The notes: a model not told the origin generated them from the letters alone. Shown: positions 34,293 to 46,927, numbered from the stretch's first letter. The stretch: 64,000 nucleotides of DNA from Nitrososphaerales archaeon (GCA_965197925.1 CBDAOC010000019.1:256001-320000); one strand, 5' to 3'. A program made the numbers and translations.

Positions 34293-35087
34293 ATGCTTGA
34301 AGGTAAGGTAATTGCAATAACAAGAGATGAAGAAAGTGCAAAACATTTTGTGAGCTTGGTAGAATCCAACATGGGCAAGGCAATTGCGTTACCAACAATA
34401 TCACTGGTTCCAAAAGATGCTAGCGCAATGATACAGTTTCTTGAACTGCTTAAATCAAAAAAGCATGATTACACTTTGTTCATGAGTGCAAATGCTGTCA
34501 AGATGATCTTTGATGTATTTCATAAAACGAATCGGGTTAAGGACTTTTTATCATCATTAAATAATACCATAGTTGTTGCCGTTGGTCCTCATACAAAGGA
34601 GGCTCTGGAAAATTACAATGTTGTTGTAACCATGATGCCAAAAAAATACTCTTCCTTTGGTCTGATAGATCTATTCACCCAGGGAGATAGTGTGAAGAAA
34701 AAAATTATAATACCGAGGAGCGCCGCATCAACCAAATTCCTTGCTGATTCGCTCTCCAATATTGGAATGATAGTGGATGAAGTTCATGTTTATGATGTAA
34801 AGCCAGCGGAACATTCCAAATGGTCCGATTTCATGAAGATGCTGATTTCAGGGGAGATCGACTGTTTGGTCTTTACCAGCGCTTCGTCTGTGAACTCATT
34901 CTTCGAAGTAGCAATCGGTTATGAAAAATATCAACATTTAATAGAGAAGTTAAATTCGATCAAGATAATTGCCATAGGTCCATTTACCAATGATTCCTTA
35001 TTAGAACACCAAATTAGGGCAGTAGTTGCTGATGAGCACACCACAAGCGGCACGTTTAAAGTTGCACTAAAATTGTTAGAGAAATAA
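34293..35087 (+). CDS. hemD: Uroporphyrinogen-III synthase
   Basis: IAITR, FMSANAV, AVGPHT, FTSASSV, AIGPFT. Confidence 0.92.
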   Translation: MLEGKVIAITRDEESAKHFVSLVESNMGKAIALPTISLVPKDASAMIQFLELLKSKKHDYTLFMSANAVKMIFDVFHKTNRVKDFLSSLNNTIVVAVGPHTKEALENYNVVVTMMPKKYSSFGLIDLFTQGDSVKKKIIIPRSAASTKFLADSLSNIGMIVDEVHVYDVKPAEHSKWSDFMKMLISGEIDCLVFTSASSVNSFFEVAIGYEKYQHLIEKLNSIKIIAIGPFTNDSLLEHQIRAVVADEHTTSGTFKVALKLLEK

Positions 35088-35157
35088 CAATAAAAGAAGA
35101 ATTATCACAAATAATAATCTGAAAGGATGTATAAAACTTATAAAGTATGACGGGGTT

Positions 35158-36570
35158 ATGACGAGTGTGACTACACAAGGAGTATCGAGAGATTACTCAA
35201 AGTATGGTTTTAGTGATCCTGTTGAGAGCTATGTATATCTAAGCAAAAAGGGACTTTCTCGAGAAACGATAGAAAACATTAGCGATCTCAAGAAGGAACC
35301 GGAGTGGATGAGAGAGTTTAGGTTGAATGCATATGATGAATTTCTGAAGCAGAAGATGCCCAATTGGGGAGGCGATCTAAGCAAAATAGATTTTAATAAT
35401 ATCTTTTATTATGCTAAAGCATCCGACAAGAGCGAAAAGAGCTGGGACGAGGTTCCAGAGCAGATAAAAAATACATTCGAGAAACTGGGCATTCCAGAGG
35501 CAGAGCGTAATAAGCTGTTGGCTGGGGTCGGGGCGCAGTACGATTCGGAGACGGTTTATCACAGTCTAAGAGAGGATTTACAGCAGCAAGGAGTAATATT
35601 TTGTGATACAGATACTGCGTTAAAGGAGCATGAGGATATACTAAAGAAACATTTTGGTAAAATAATTCCATCTAATGATAACAAGTTTGCTTCATTGAAC
35701 GCTGCGGTTTGGAGTGGTGGTTCATTTGTTTATGTGCCGGAAGGTGAGACAATTGATCTTCCTCTACAAGCGTACTTTAGAATAAATGCAGAGAATGTAG
35801 GACAGTTTGAAAGAACTCTTATTATTGCAGAACCAAACAGCAAGTTACATTACATAGAAGGATGTACGGCACCGGTTTATAGCACAGAATCACTGCACTG
35901 TGCAGTTGTTGAAGTCATTGCAAAGAACGGAGCACAGGTTCGATACACCACATTACAGAATTGGAGTAATGATGTATACAATTTGGTAACAAAGCGTGCA
36001 TATGCGTACGAAAATGCTTTGGTTGAATGGGTTGATGCCAATATAGGGAGCAAGCTTACAATGAAGTATCCATCGGTATACTTGTTGGGGAGGAATGCAA
36101 GGGCTGAATTGCTTTCAGTCGCATTTGCTGGCAAGGGACAGCATCAGGATGCAGGGGCAAAGGCCGTACACTTGGCACCAAATACAACATCCCGTATAAC
36201 ATCCAAATCGGTTAGCAAGGATAGTGGTAGGTCAACGTATAGAGGATTACTGCATGTTGCAAAAGGTGCTACCCAAGTAAAATCAACGGTAAGATGCGAT
36301 GCGCTACTAATTGACGAAATTTCTAGAACTGATACTTATCCATATATTGAAGTAAATGAGGATGATGCAACCATCACACACGAGGCAACGGTAGGTAAGA
36401 TAGGTGAGGAACAGGTATTCTACTTGATGAGTAGAGGATTCACGGAATCCGAGGCATTGAATATGATAGTGACTGGATTCTTGGAAGTCTTTACAAAGAC
36501 ACTACCGATGGAGTATGCAGTAGAATTCAATAGGTTGATACAGTTAGAGATGGAAGGCGCGGTAGGTTAA
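35158..36570 (+). CDS. sufB: Fe-S cluster assembly protein SufB
   Basis: [31 protein letters not shown]. Confidence 0.96.
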   Translation: MTSVTTQGVSRDYSKYGFSDPVESYVYLSKKGLSRETIENISDLKKEPEWMREFRLNAYDEFLKQKMPNWGGDLSKIDFNNIFYYAKASDKSEKSWDEVPEQIKNTFEKLGIPEAERNKLLAGVGAQYDSETVYHSLREDLQQQGVIFCDTDTALKEHEDILKKHFGKIIPSNDNKFASLNAAVWSGGSFVYVPEGETIDLPLQAYFRINAENVGQFERTLIIAEPNSKLHYIEGCTAPVYSTESLHCAVVEVIAKNGAQVRYTTLQNWSNDVYNLVTKRAYAYENALVEWVDANIGSKLTMKYPSVYLLGRNARAELLSVAFAGKGQHQDAGAKAVHLAPNTTSRITSKSVSKDSGRSTYRGLLHVAKGATQVKSTVRCDALLIDEISRTDTYPYIEVNEDDATITHEATVGKIGEEQVFYLMSRGFTESEALNMIVTGFLEVFTKTLPMEYAVEFNRLIQLEMEGAVG

Positions 36571-36611
36571 TTTCTTTTTCTGATTTCCATTTTTGATTTA
36601 TTTGATTTATA

Positions 36612-38021
36612 ATGACAAATCATACTCTTTCCTCACTTAACGAAGATTATGTTAGGGCGTTGGGTGAAAAGGAGCCCAAATGGTTAGCAGAGATTAGAGA
36701 AAATTCTTTTTCTCATTATAAGAATCTGCCACTCGAGGTTTCCCCACTTTACAACAAATATTCCGGTGTAGGTGTTCTAAACCCAGAACAGGTATTTCTT
36801 TCATTAGATCGTAAAGGCAGCGAACCTCACTCCGAATTAAATCATAGGATTGGTGAAGCGAAATCAGGTATATGTGCAGTACATGTGGGTAATGAGATCA
36901 ATTCGGTTTACTTGCCGGAGGATCTTAAGAGTAAAGGAGTAGTTATTCAGAGTATAAACGAGGCATTAAAGGATCATGAAGAACTTTTTAAAAGGTTGCT
37001 TGGGAGTGGCATAGATCCAAGTGAAGACAAATTTCTTGCACTAGAGTATTCACTTTTTAATTCTGGAATCTTTGTATACATACCAAGAAATTTGGTGTTA
37101 GAAGAACCAATTACCATAATAAACACCATGACTGAGGATGGTATTTCAAATGTATCTAGAAATATATTTTTCTTGGAAGAAAGCAGTAAAGCAAGTATCG
37201 TACAGGAACTTTACTCACCACTTGGAGGAGGTGGAAAGGAACAACAAACATACTTTGAGCTGCTGGAAACACATATTGGGAATAATGCAAATCTTGAACT
37301 CGTTACGTTGCAGGCAATGAACAAAGATAATTTACACATTTCAAACAGAAAGGCATTCATAGAAAGGGATGGAAGCATAAATTGGCATATTGGTGCTTTT
37401 GGGGGCAATCTTTGCAGATACAAGGTGGATAATCTGTTAAAGGGTGAAGGAGCCTATGCAGAACATTATGAAGTTATCTTTGGAGATTCAAATCAAGCAT
37501 TTGATATAACAGCAGATCTGACTCATTTGGCACCAAACACCAGAGGGAGGATACTGGCAAAGAGCGTTTTGAAGAATACTGCAAAGTCATTGTTCAAAGG
37601 AATGATAAAGATTAGTAAGAATGCAAAGGGTTCAGAGTCATATCTTGCTGGTCATGCTGTTCTGTTGGACAAGGGAGCAAAATCTGATGCAATCCCTGGA
37701 TTGGAAATAGAAACCAATGAGGTCAAGGCTACACACTCAGCATCTGTAGCACAGATGGATGAAGATCAGGTGTTCTACTTGATGAGCAGAGGTCTTAGTA
37801 AGGATTCTACTAGACGAATCATAGTTGATGGATTCCTAGAACCATTGGCAAGAAGGGTTAGCCCAAAGGTAAGAGCCTGGATCAATTATTTGATCGATAG
37901 CAAGTGGCATGGGAGGCCTTTGATACTGAAGACTGATGATGTAATGCGCGAAATGATTGAGGTTGAAGAGGCTAGGGTAATCGATACTGATATATTCGAA
38001 AAGCACTACAAGTACAGGTGA
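36612..38021 (+). CDS. sufD: Fe-S cluster assembly protein SufD
   Basis: DAIPGLEI, KATHSAS, FYLMSRG; follows sufB. Confidence 0.9.
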   Translation: MTNHTLSSLNEDYVRALGEKEPKWLAEIRENSFSHYKNLPLEVSPLYNKYSGVGVLNPEQVFLSLDRKGSEPHSELNHRIGEAKSGICAVHVGNEINSVYLPEDLKSKGVVIQSINEALKDHEELFKRLLGSGIDPSEDKFLALEYSLFNSGIFVYIPRNLVLEEPITIINTMTEDGISNVSRNIFFLEESSKASIVQELYSPLGGGGKEQQTYFELLETHIGNNANLELVTLQAMNKDNLHISNRKAFIERDGSINWHIGAFGGNLCRYKVDNLLKGEGAYAEHYEVIFGDSNQAFDITADLTHLAPNTRGRILAKSVLKNTAKSLFKGMIKISKNAKGSESYLAGHAVLLDKGAKSDAIPGLEIETNEVKATHSASVAQMDEDQVFYLMSRGLSKDSTRRIIVDGFLEPLARRVSPKVRAWINYLIDSKWHGRPLILKTDDVMREMIEVEEARVIDTDIFEKHYKYR

Positions 38022-38025
38022 TTCG

Positions 38026-38334
38026 ATGGAGTGGGTAAAGGCAGCAAATAGCTGTGATGTTAACGAGGGCGAGATTTTAAGCGTTGATCTAAAGGGAAGG
38101 GAAATGATGATCATAAAGAAGAATGGAATTTTTCATGCTCTAGATAGAATATGCACACATGAACGTGCTGACCTTTCAATGGGTTTTCTGGGCGAAGATT
38201 ATGTTACATGTCCTCTTCATCTATCACAATTTGAGTTTCAAACTGGAAAACCTTTGAATCCACCGGCTGAAGACCCCTTAATATCTTATAAGGTTAAAAT
38301 AGAAGAAAATGTTATTTATGTTTTGCAGGAGTAA
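38026..38334 (+). CDS. Rieske-type ferredoxin
   Basis: CTH...CPLH ligands. Confidence 0.93.
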   Translation: MEWVKAANSCDVNEGEILSVDLKGREMMIIKKNGIFHALDRICTHERADLSMGFLGEDYVTCPLHLSQFEFQTGKPLNPPAEDPLISYKVKIEENVIYVLQE

Positions 38335-38340
38335 TTTATT

Positions 38341-39582
38341 ATGAAAACTAGTGTCATTGATATTCAAAAGATACGTCAAGACTTTCCTATACTAAGCAGA
38401 AAGATAAGAGCTAATAAACTTCTAGTTTACCTTGACAATGCTTCTACAACACAAAAACCAATACAGGTCATAGAAGCTATACATGATTATTACACGCGTT
38501 ACAATGCTAATGTGCATAGGGCTGTGTATCAACTAGCCGAAGAAGCTACCTATGCATTTGAAGGTGCAAGGGAAAAAATAGCCAAATTTATCAATGCAGA
38601 TAAAGATGAGATAGTTTTTGTTAGAAATGCAACGGAAGCCATTAACTTGGTAGCATATGCTTGGGGTAGGGAAAATGTGGAGCGCGATGATAGAGTTTTG
38701 ATAACAGAATTCGAGCATCATAGCAACATAGTGCCGTGGCAGATACTCACACAAGAAAAGAATGCAAATCTGGAATATATTCGGATAAACGATAATGGTT
38801 TAATTGTAATGCAAGATCTTCATGATGCACTGGAGAAAAATAATTTGAAACTTGTGTCCGTAAGTCACATGTCCAACGTATTGGGAACCATTGCACCCAT
38901 TAATGATATAGTGAAGGCCTGCCATGCTAAGAATGTACCGGTTCTTGTCGATGGAGCACAATCTGTTCCTCATATGCAGGTTGATGTAAAAAATATCGAT
39001 TGTGATTTTATGGCGTTTTCGGCCCACAAGATGCTTGGTCCTACAGGTGTGGGTGTCTTATATGCCAAGAAGGAATATCTTGAAAAGATGAGGCCGTTCA
39101 TAACTGGTGGAGATATGATAAAGGAAGTGCACAAGTATGAAACAAAATGGAATGATCTTCCATGGAAGTATGAGGCCGGAACTCCAAATATTGCAGATGT
39201 TATAGGTTTTGGCGTTGCCATTGAGTATCTCACTGATATAGGTATGGATAATGTAAGGGCTCATGAGAAGGAGCTCACGAGATATGCCTTGGATAATATA
39301 TCTGGTGTAAAAGGGATACAGGTCTATGGAACTGTAGATGTTGAGAAGCGGGGAGGAGTGATTTCCTTCAATTTTGGTGATATTCATCCACACGATCTAT
39401 CTACTATACTGGATGAGGACGGGGTTGCGATTAGAGCAGGACATCACTGTGCACAGCCCTTGATGGAGCTCCTTGGAGTAGCAGCTACATCTAGAGCGAG
39501 TTTTTATATCTACAACACAAAGCAGGAAGTAGATGTACTTTTGAAATCCTTAGAAAGAGCTAGACTGATATTTAGGTTATAA
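38341..39582 (+). CDS. sufS: Cysteine desulfurase SufS
   Basis: YLDNASTTQKP, EHHSN, FSAHKMLGP, RAGHHCA. Confidence 0.96.
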   Translation: MKTSVIDIQKIRQDFPILSRKIRANKLLVYLDNASTTQKPIQVIEAIHDYYTRYNANVHRAVYQLAEEATYAFEGAREKIAKFINADKDEIVFVRNATEAINLVAYAWGRENVERDDRVLITEFEHHSNIVPWQILTQEKNANLEYIRINDNGLIVMQDLHDALEKNNLKLVSVSHMSNVLGTIAPINDIVKACHAKNVPVLVDGAQSVPHMQVDVKNIDCDFMAFSAHKMLGPTGVGVLYAKKEYLEKMRPFITGGDMIKEVHKYETKWNDLPWKYEAGTPNIADVIGFGVAIEYLTDIGMDNVRAHEKELTRYALDNISGVKGIQVYGTVDVEKRGGVISFNFGDIHPHDLSTILDEDGVAIRAGHHCAQPLMELLGVAATSRASFYIYNTKQEVDVLLKSLERARLIFRL

Positions 39583-39595
39583 GAGTGTGAAGAAT

Positions 39596-40033
39596 ATGGG
39601 AAGCGCTGACATTTATAGAGAAATTATTTTGGATTACTACCGGAATCCCCGAAACTATGGTAAAATGGAATCTCCCGATATTTCCATCAAAGACAGTAAT
39701 CCTTTGTGTGGTGATGAAATTGAGTTATTTGTAAAATTCGATGGAGACAAGATCATCGATGTTAAATTTACTGGAAAGGGATGTGCCATTAGTCAGGCCA
39801 GCGCATCTATGTTAACTGAAATGATCATTGGAAAGGACTTGAAGGATGTCAAGGATGTTGGTAAGGATGATATACTCGATTCTCTCGGACTACCGAATCT
39901 TGGGCCTGCGAGGATAAAGTGTGCACTATTGTCATTGAAGACACTTAAACTTGGAGTATATTCTCATGTCGCAGGGAAGCTTGGAACTGCTGATGCAGAG
40001 AAGCTCAAGGACGAGGCGGCCAAACTTTTCTAG
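39596..40033 (+). CDS. sufU: SufU/IscU-type scaffold
   Basis: NPLCGD, GCAISQAS, RIKCA. Confidence 0.93.
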   Translation: MGSADIYREIILDYYRNPRNYGKMESPDISIKDSNPLCGDEIELFVKFDGDKIIDVKFTGKGCAISQASASMLTEMIIGKDLKDVKDVGKDDILDSLGLPNLGPARIKCALLSLKTLKLGVYSHVAGKLGTADAEKLKDEAAKLF

Positions 40034-40039
40034 AATGAC

Positions 40040-41257
40040 TCAATTACTTTCTTTATTCCTGTTAGATGCCATTTCAAGAACTTCCATCAATGGTAATTTT
40101 TTACCTGATAAATACAATACCAAAGCTCCACCTGCTGTGCTTATATGATCTATCTGAGTACTAAGACCAAATCTCCGAAGTGCTGCAGTAAGATGTCCAC
40201 CACTCACTATGGTTGTACCCATAGAGGTTGCTACTGCACGCAGAAGGTTCTCCGTACCAAAGCTATAATCAGGCCGCTCAAATGCACCTGCGGGTCCGCT
40301 TATGAATACGGTTCCCGCACCTTTGATCAACCTCGAGTACATTTCAAGGGTTTTGTGACCTATATCGAGTATTGAATCACTTTCATCCAAATCCTCAATA
40401 TACTTTTCTTTTCTTTCTCCATTCCTTTCGACAGCAATATCAAGAGGAATAGTAAACACATTCGGATATTTGATTAAGAGTTTCTGGGCCTTTTCTTTCA
40501 GAACTTGCTCCTTTGTTATCTTGGAACTGCTTACTATTTTTCCTTGAGCAGATAGGAAAAGATTACTGATTAGCCCTGTCAACAACACCTGGTTAGCCCT
40601 TCCACTTTGGATTAGAGTATCTATTGCCTCTAGCCGGTCAGCAATTTTTGCACCACCCAGCACAACTATGAATGGTGCCTTTGCAACTGTAAGAACGTTA
40701 TCAAGAGATCCAACTTCATTGGTAAGCAACCTTCCTCCACAGGATGGTAAGAGATATGGAAAGCCAACAATAGATGGATGTGCTCTATGTCCGGAAGGAA
40801 AACAATCCAATACGCATATATCAAATAATTTGCTCAATCTCTGTACCATCACTGTTTTGGCTGCATCCGATGGGGTAAATTCATAATTTTCTTCAGCACA
40901 GAATCGGAGGTTATCCAGCACCAAAACATCACCATCATTCATTGAGAATACTCGATTTTTGGCCTCTGGGCCGATAACATCCTCAACATAATCTACTTTT
41001 TTGTTGAGTATTTGTTCAAGTACATTGGCATGTTGCTCCATCCCAATATAGTCATACCTTCCCACCCTTCCTTGGTGGGAACCAACAACCACCTTCGAAT
41101 TATTTAGATCCTTGATGGTCATACTAGCCTCTTTGATCCTACTTGGTTCAATTATGTCAAGGTTCTTTGGATGTATAGGCACATTCATATCTACACGAAG
41201 AAAGATGATTTTTCCTTTAGTGTCCATGTCATCCAGTGCAAGTATGCGCACGTCCAT
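40040..41257 (-). CDS. pgk: Phosphoglycerate kinase
   Basis: RVDMNVP, SHQGR, LGGAK, SGPAGAFE, STAGGA. Confidence 0.95.
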   Translation of the reverse strand: MDVRILALDDMDTKGKIIFLRVDMNVPIHPKNLDIIEPSRIKEASMTIKDLNNSKVVVGSHQGRVGRYDYIGMEQHANVLEQILNKKVDYVEDVIGPEAKNRVFSMNDGDVLVLDNLRFCAEENYEFTPSDAAKTVMVQRLSKLFDICVLDCFPSGHRAHPSIVGFPYLLPSCGGRLLTNEVGSLDNVLTVAKAPFIVVLGGAKIADRLEAIDTLIQSGRANQVLLTGLISNLFLSAQGKIVSSSKITKEQVLKEKAQKLLIKYPNVFTIPLDIAVERNGERKEKYIEDLDESDSILDIGHKTLEMYSRLIKGAGTVFISGPAGAFERPDYSFGTENLLRAVATSMGTTIVSGGHLTAALRRFGLSTQIDHISTAGGALVLYLSGKKLPLMEVLEMASNRNKESN

Positions 41258-41358
41258 CCTATTTCACAAAAGTTTTAAAAATCTTTGGACCTTTTCGGTA
41301 TTACAAAGTAATATCAAAATCAATGAGGTTAATATTGGCCAATGAGGTAAACATCGGG

Positions 41359-41814
41359 ATGGAAGGGAAAAAAGCACCTGAATTCAAGTTAGCGGATCAA
41401 GAGGGTGCCATGGTGGAACTTTCTGACTTTAAGGGTAAAAAAGTTGTTTTATACTTTTATGTACGTGATTTCACGCCTGGTTGTACCAATCAATCCTGTA
41501 ATCTCAGGGATAATCAGGAAGAATTAAAGAGGGCTGGAATTACTACATTAGGAATTAGTCCCGACGATGTTACATCTCACAAGAAATTTTCGCAAAAATA
41601 TGAACTTTCATTTCCCTTACTTTCTGATGAGGATGCAAAGGTAGCCAAAAAATATGGAGTGTTTGGTGAGAAGACCTTCATGGGTAGAAATTTCCTAGGG
41701 GTAAAGAGGACCACTTTTCTGATCGATAAAAATGGTGTCATAGTAAAAGTCATGCCCAAAGTGAAGGTAAAGGATCATGCTAACGAAGTAATTAGTGCAT
41801 TCAAGTCCTTGTGA
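41359..41814 (+). CDS. bcp: Peroxiredoxin BCP/PrxQ
   Basis: APEFKL, VVLYFY..DFTPGCTNQSC, RTTFLID. Confidence 0.93.
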   Translation: MEGKKAPEFKLADQEGAMVELSDFKGKKVVLYFYVRDFTPGCTNQSCNLRDNQEELKRAGITTLGISPDDVTSHKKFSQKYELSFPLLSDEDAKVAKKYGVFGEKTFMGRNFLGVKRTTFLIDKNGVIVKVMPKVKVKDHANEVISAFKSL

Positions 41815-41883
41815 ATTTTCAATATTAGGTAGATCTCAATGGCTTAAAGCCTTATCAATGCTACACAAACTTAAAGATAACCT

Positions 41884-42564
41884 ATGCTGAGCATGCAAAA
41901 TGCCGTAGTAAATATTAGATCCGGTAGATTTGTCTTATTGGTAGCTATTTTCATAGCTTTGCTTGCACTTGTACAGTCCGGTTCAACCACTAGGTTTGAT
42001 GAATTGATTATTGGTAATATTGCTGATGCAAGGAATAATGTTTTAGATTTCCTAATGATATCGATAACCACATCAGCCGATCTCTTCCCAATATATTTTT
42101 CACCGTTGATAATAATTTCTATCATTCTTGTAATCAAGAGAAAGACCAGGCGAATTGGCGCAGTACTTTTATTGGCAATAACACTTTCAACTTTAACGAC
42201 ATCTTACGTCAAAGCAATTGTTGACCGAGAGAGACCATCTTACGAGTTTGAATCAAAGTTGGGCTTCGATTACGAGCCGCAGCAGGATGTGGTATCTAGA
42301 TTCGCAAGTTCTTTTCCATCAGGGCATGCGGCTAGGAGTGCTGCATTTGCTTTGGTAATAAGTTTCATGATTAGAAACCGCACTTTTCTAGGGGTATCAG
42401 CAGGTATGATCATGTGGGTATACCCAGCTGCTATTGCTCTAAGCAGGGTTTACATTGGCGTACATTACCCCACTGATGTAATTGCTGGCGTCGTCCTCGG
42501 TTTAATAGTGGCCAATATGCTGGTTAAGATTCTTAAGGTAGAGCCTGAAAAGCGGTTAAACTAG
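41884..42564 (+). CDS. PAP2-family membrane phosphatase
   Basis: K-x6-RP, SFPSGH, SRVYIGVHYPTDV. Confidence 0.92.
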   Translation: MLSMQNAVVNIRSGRFVLLVAIFIALLALVQSGSTTRFDELIIGNIADARNNVLDFLMISITTSADLFPIYFSPLIIISIILVIKRKTRRIGAVLLLAITLSTLTTSYVKAIVDRERPSYEFESKLGFDYEPQQDVVSRFASSFPSGHAARSAAFALVISFMIRNRTFLGVSAGMIMWVYPAAIALSRVYIGVHYPTDVIAGVVLGLIVANMLVKILKVEPEKRLN

Positions 42565-42699
42565 TTTCCGGTTTCTTCTTGGGGAATGGAATAGATTATT
42601 TATTGAAATAAAATAATTAATGAAATACATTATTAGCGATACAATTATTTTGTAATATTTTGTTGGTATAAAATATTCCACCAATATTTTTTCAGTATT

Positions 42700-43120
42700 T
42701 AGATCTAGGCGGACTTGGTTAATTCATCCAGCCTAATGCAAGCATATGCCTCAGGGAGTCAAGCGATTTACAATAATTCAAGCAAATCACAATAATCTTC
42801 AACATTGAAATTATTCGCTGAGATCTGAAAGGGATATGCCCGATCAACCTCATATTTTTTTCTTTAAATGCTGAGATGGAATTTATCCACATCTAGACTC
42901 TGGCCAATTATGGTATATGTTAGTATAATCCCATTACCTAAAGTTGTAGCAGACAAGGGATATGATAGGGAGTATTATCATGAATTTGTCCAGGGGAATC
43001 AAAAGATACTACCCACCAATTGTATCAATCTTATTATAATGACATATTCAAGTAACGATAAATCCTTCAGTTAGGAAAGTTTATTAGTTAAAATTCTCGA
43101 CGTTCTAAAAAGGCTTGGTT
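42700..43120 (+). pseudogene. Degraded IS5-type transposase remnant
   Basis: KVVADKGYDREYYHEFV. Confidence 0.5.
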
Positions 43121-43135
43121 AAATTAATAATTATT

Positions 43136-44230
43136 TGAGGCATGGGCATTATTCCATATAACAAAAATAACTTGATGCCTCTGATTGATTAACTTCCCAA
43201 CATGTGCTTCAATGCCCTTAATGGTCTTCCTGTCAAGTAGTTGTAGTATACCATCAGCTGGTATAGCAATATGGAAATCAGAACGATGCTCCTAGCTTTA
43301 TCAAATCCTCTAACTGGTAATGGGTCTATATCAAATACATCCTTTATCTGCTCTATCAATGGCTCAACGCTTATGCTCCTCCGAGAATATACATGCTGTC
43401 CAAATTCCGATTGATAGAACTGCAGCAATGCCAGTCTATTATTATCTGTAGTATGCCTATACCTTTCCAATGGGAATACTGGATGCCCTCTATACCCGCT
43501 GAAATCACATAACTTGTGATCATCATATCCTTCATCTCCTACAACATACCTTACCATTCCTGTAGGCAATGAAGATGTTATGCTTTCATACATCTTGTTA
43601 TCAGTAATGTTAGCTGTTGTGAAATCAGCTGATAATGGAACTATCAATGAACCTGTGCTACATGCTAGATGCAGTTTGTATCCGAATACCTATTCTTGGT
43701 TCTGCTGAATCCCCATCGAGCATCTGTATCTATACCTGAGCGTGGCACTTCATTCTTCATGTTTGATCTATGCCATACATGTCCCTTTGCTTTCAACAAT
43801 GAACTGTCAACGGATACTATGGCTGGGTCTACCAACCCATCTTTTATGAAGAGCATACCCATAACATCTGTCCTTGATCTTATGTCAATTGATATGGCCT
43901 TGAACCTTCTGTCGAATGTTCTTCTGTCTGGCAACCTATCAAGACCACATGCCTTCATTACCTTCCTGTTGTATGGCATGTCTATCGAAAAATATTGATG
44001 TAACACATTGTTGCTTGGTATTCTTATCCATACTCTAACGATGAAGCATCTCACCATAACTGTAGGAGAATAGTAGAATGGTCTACCCCTTTTCCTATTA
44101 GGTTTTGACTAGAATCACGTCAATCAAAAATAATATACGAAGGAGTATCGAGTCTGAGCTAAACATATTACCAATGAAAATTGAAACCTGATCTTATCGT
44201 TTCGACCGGCTTAATTATGCCCAAGCATCA
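43136..44230 (-). mobile_element. IS copy 2, transposase frameshifted
   Basis: TIRs TGAGGCATGGGCATTATT / AATTATGCCCAAGCATCA; highly similar to copy 1; no flanking TSD. Confidence 0.92.
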
Positions 44231-44235
44231 GGTAG

Positions 44236-45449
44236 TTACAACCCAATATTAAATTCGTTGTCATTGTCGCTTATCTGCCTCTTGCTAAATTCGCCCATCA
44301 TACGCTTGCATAGTTCACATTTCTTTGAGGGACTACCTGCATGTTTAGTAGATATATGCAATTGAAAATTGGCAAACCGTACCATGGCTGAGTACTGTTT
44401 TGTTCTTTCCTCTTCCTTCTTCTTCAACTCTTCAATTTCCTTGTCCTTACTCTCGTATTTTGCTTCCAGTTAATTTCGAATACTCTGTTCTTGTTTATTT
44501 GTCATTGCAATATCGATGGTTAGATATGGTATAGCTTTTCTGTAGTCTTGTACCAACTCCGTTTCTTTAGGTGTATAGTATCTGCCAGAGATGCCTGTAC
44601 TGTGCCCCATAAGCATCTCGACATTAATGGGCTTCATGACTTGTTCAGTTCTAGTCTTGAAAAACTTTCTAAACCCATGATCTGCTTGGAACTCGAAGCG
44701 CTTCTTATGATCTCCACTTCTTAGGCCCGATTGCTTTAGTAGTCTATGAATAATTGTTCTAATGCCATCTCTTTCTAAAGGTTTAACATTACTTGCATTA
44801 GATCGAAATTTATCCCTGAATAAGGGGCTATTATCGTCTATCTCCTCTCCGCTTCGCCTACGATATTCTATATACACATGTATAGCCTCATATACTTCCG
44901 GAGTAATGAATGTGTTGTGCTGTTCCTTATCGACAGGGTAAACAGTTAATGAAGCTGCTACAATATTATTATCCTCTTGGATGGGTTTCAAATGTTTTAA
45001 TTTTAGATCACTGATCACACCTAACCCTTATACCACTAGAAGCCATAAACAGAATTAATGCCCTCGTTCTAAGATCTCCAAATTTCAATAATTACCTAAT
45101 TTCATTTAGATCAATGGCTCTATCTTCACCTCCATTTGCCGTAGGTAATATTTTTGCTAGCTTGGACTAGTTTAGAGTAACGTCATTCATGACGCATAAT
45201 AGTTTTACAGCCTGGTAGAATCCTTGAATCGCTGAAGGTGATATCTTTTCTTGCTCCACTTGTTTTTTTTTATTCTGTAATAAATTCAACTAGTATGTTA
45301 GTTAATTGCTTTGGATTCTTTTCTCCTAATTCGATAATTTTCTCCTGTGATAGTTGGGTATCTTTGCAGAAGCGTTTAAGATACTATTCATAGGTTTCCT
45401 TCGTTGCCTTTGATTTTATGGCACTCTCGAACAATGCTATACACGCTAA
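44236..45449 (-). pseudogene. Tyrosine recombinase/integrase with several in-frame stops
   Basis: ALFESAIKSKATKETYE*YLKRF...RALILFMASSGIR...HGFRKFFKT...LMGH...YY; TAG/TAA stops and a frameshift. Confidence 0.85.
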
Positions 45450-45496
45450 CACAGTAGGTATATACTAAAACTTATTTAAAAAGTGTAGCAATATTG

Positions 45497-46927
45497 TCAC
45501 ATAACATCAACATCATGTGGCATACTCTCCATAAACCCTGCAGTGGTCATTTTTATGAGTTCAGCGTTATTCTGCATTTCAGGTATTGTGCTTGCTCCAC
45601 AGTAACTTAAGCCAGAACGCAAGCCCCCAGATAGCTGCCGCAATATTTCTACCACACTTCCCTTGTAATCCACAAGAGCTTCAACACCTTCTGGTACGTA
45701 ATCGTTTAGATCATCTTCTAACGTTAATTCACCCTCCCTGAATTTCCTTCCTAATGATGCGTAAAATGAAGCCATACCTCTATAGATTTTATACTTTTTA
45801 CCGTTCTTTGTCAAACTAGCGCCCGGACTTTCATCGGTCCCTGCAAGCAAACTCCCCACCATCACCGTTGAAGCTCCTGCCGCAAGTGCCTTGGTTATAT
45901 CTCCAGAATTCCTTATGCCACCGTCAGCGAGAAGAGGAATGCCATAGTCCTTAGCTGCCTTGGCACAATCCATTAAAGCTGTTAGTTGGGGAACACCAGA
46001 ACCTGTAATGACTCTAGTTATACATATTGAACCAGAACCAACCCCAACTTTTACAGCATCAACACCAGCACCAGCTAGATCCTTCACTCCTTCTGGTGTT
46101 GCGACATTACCGGCAATCAATTCAGAATTAGGAAACGCTTTCTTTATGTGTCGAACTGCATCCATCGCATTGTCGCTATGGCCATGCGCAATATCAACCA
46201 CTATTGAATCTGCGTCTGCTTCATACAGAGCTTCTGTTCTATCCATGAAATCATCCTTGACACCGACCGCAGCACCTACTAATAACCTACCCTTCTTATC
46301 CTTCGAGGCAAGTGGGTATCGGTTAATCTTGGTGATATCCATACTCGTAATCAAACCCTTTATATGGTTCTCCTCATCTATCAACGGTAACTTCTCTAAC
46401 CTGTTCTTATGCAATATCTCTTTGGCCTCATCAATAGTAATACCATATTTTGCAGTTACGACATCTTTAGTCATAAGATCCGAAATTTTTCTTTCAACAT
46501 TAGCTTCAAACATTATGTCCCTACTAGTTACAATCCCAACCAACTCGTTCCCGTTTTCAACAACAAGTAATCCTGAAACTCCTACCTTTTTCATATAATC
46601 AATCGTGTTTTTTATTGTTTGTTCAGTTGTTACAGTATAAGGCTGCTCAATAATTATACTTTCAGAACGCTTCACCCTCTTAACCTCCTCTACCTGTTGG
46701 TCTATTGTTAGGAACCTGTGAACTATCCCTATACCACCTTCCCTAGCAAGGGCAACAGCCATATTTGCTTCTGTAACGGTATCCATATTCGCGCCTACAA
46801 TAGGTATATTCAATCTAATCTTTCTGGACAATTTCGTCGTTAGGTTAGTCTGTGATCTAGATAACACATGTGAATGCTTCGGGACCAGTAGTACGTCATC
46901 AAATGTCAGTCCTTCACGTATATTCAA
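45497..46927 (-). CDS. guaB: IMP dehydrogenase
   Basis: [14 protein letters not shown] pair, [22 protein letters not shown]. Confidence 0.97.
   Translation of the reverse strand: MNIREGLTFDDVLLVPKHSHVLSRSQTNLTTKLSRKIRLNIPIVGANMDTVTEANMAVALAREGGIGIVHRFLTIDQQVEEVKRVKRSESIIIEQPYTVTTEQTIKNTIDYMKKVGVSGLLVVENGNELVGIVTSRDIMFEANVERKISDLMTKDVVTAKYGITIDEAKEILHKNRLEKLPLIDEENHIKGLITSMDITKINRYPLASKDKKGRLLVGAAVGVKDDFMDRTEALYEADADSIVVDIAHGHSDNAMDAVRHIKKAFPNSELIAGNVATPEGVKDLAGAGVDAVKVGVGSGSICITRVITGSGVPQLTALMDCAKAAKDYGIPLLADGGIRNSGDITKALAAGASTVMVGSLLAGTDESPGASLTKNGKKYKIYRGMASFYASLGRKFREGELTLEDDLNDYVPEGVEALVDYKGSVVEILRQLSGGLRSGLSYCGASTIPEMQNNAELIKMTTAGFMESMPHDVDVM

Noticed and set aside
35158..40033. suf operon lacking sufC
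   Set aside because: sufC can be encoded elsewhere in the genome; absence from one window is uninformative
41321..41358. Imperfect 19-bp tandem repeat upstream of bcp (CAATGAGGTTAATATTGGC / CAATGAGGTAAACATCGGG)
   Set aside because: Short and degenerate; it only makes the start codon ambiguous
45960..46598. Long antisense ORFs (212 aa opposite guaB; similar ones opposite cobA, hemC, folD and the IS copies)
   Set aside because: Shadow frames of well-supported genes on the other strand, with no motifs
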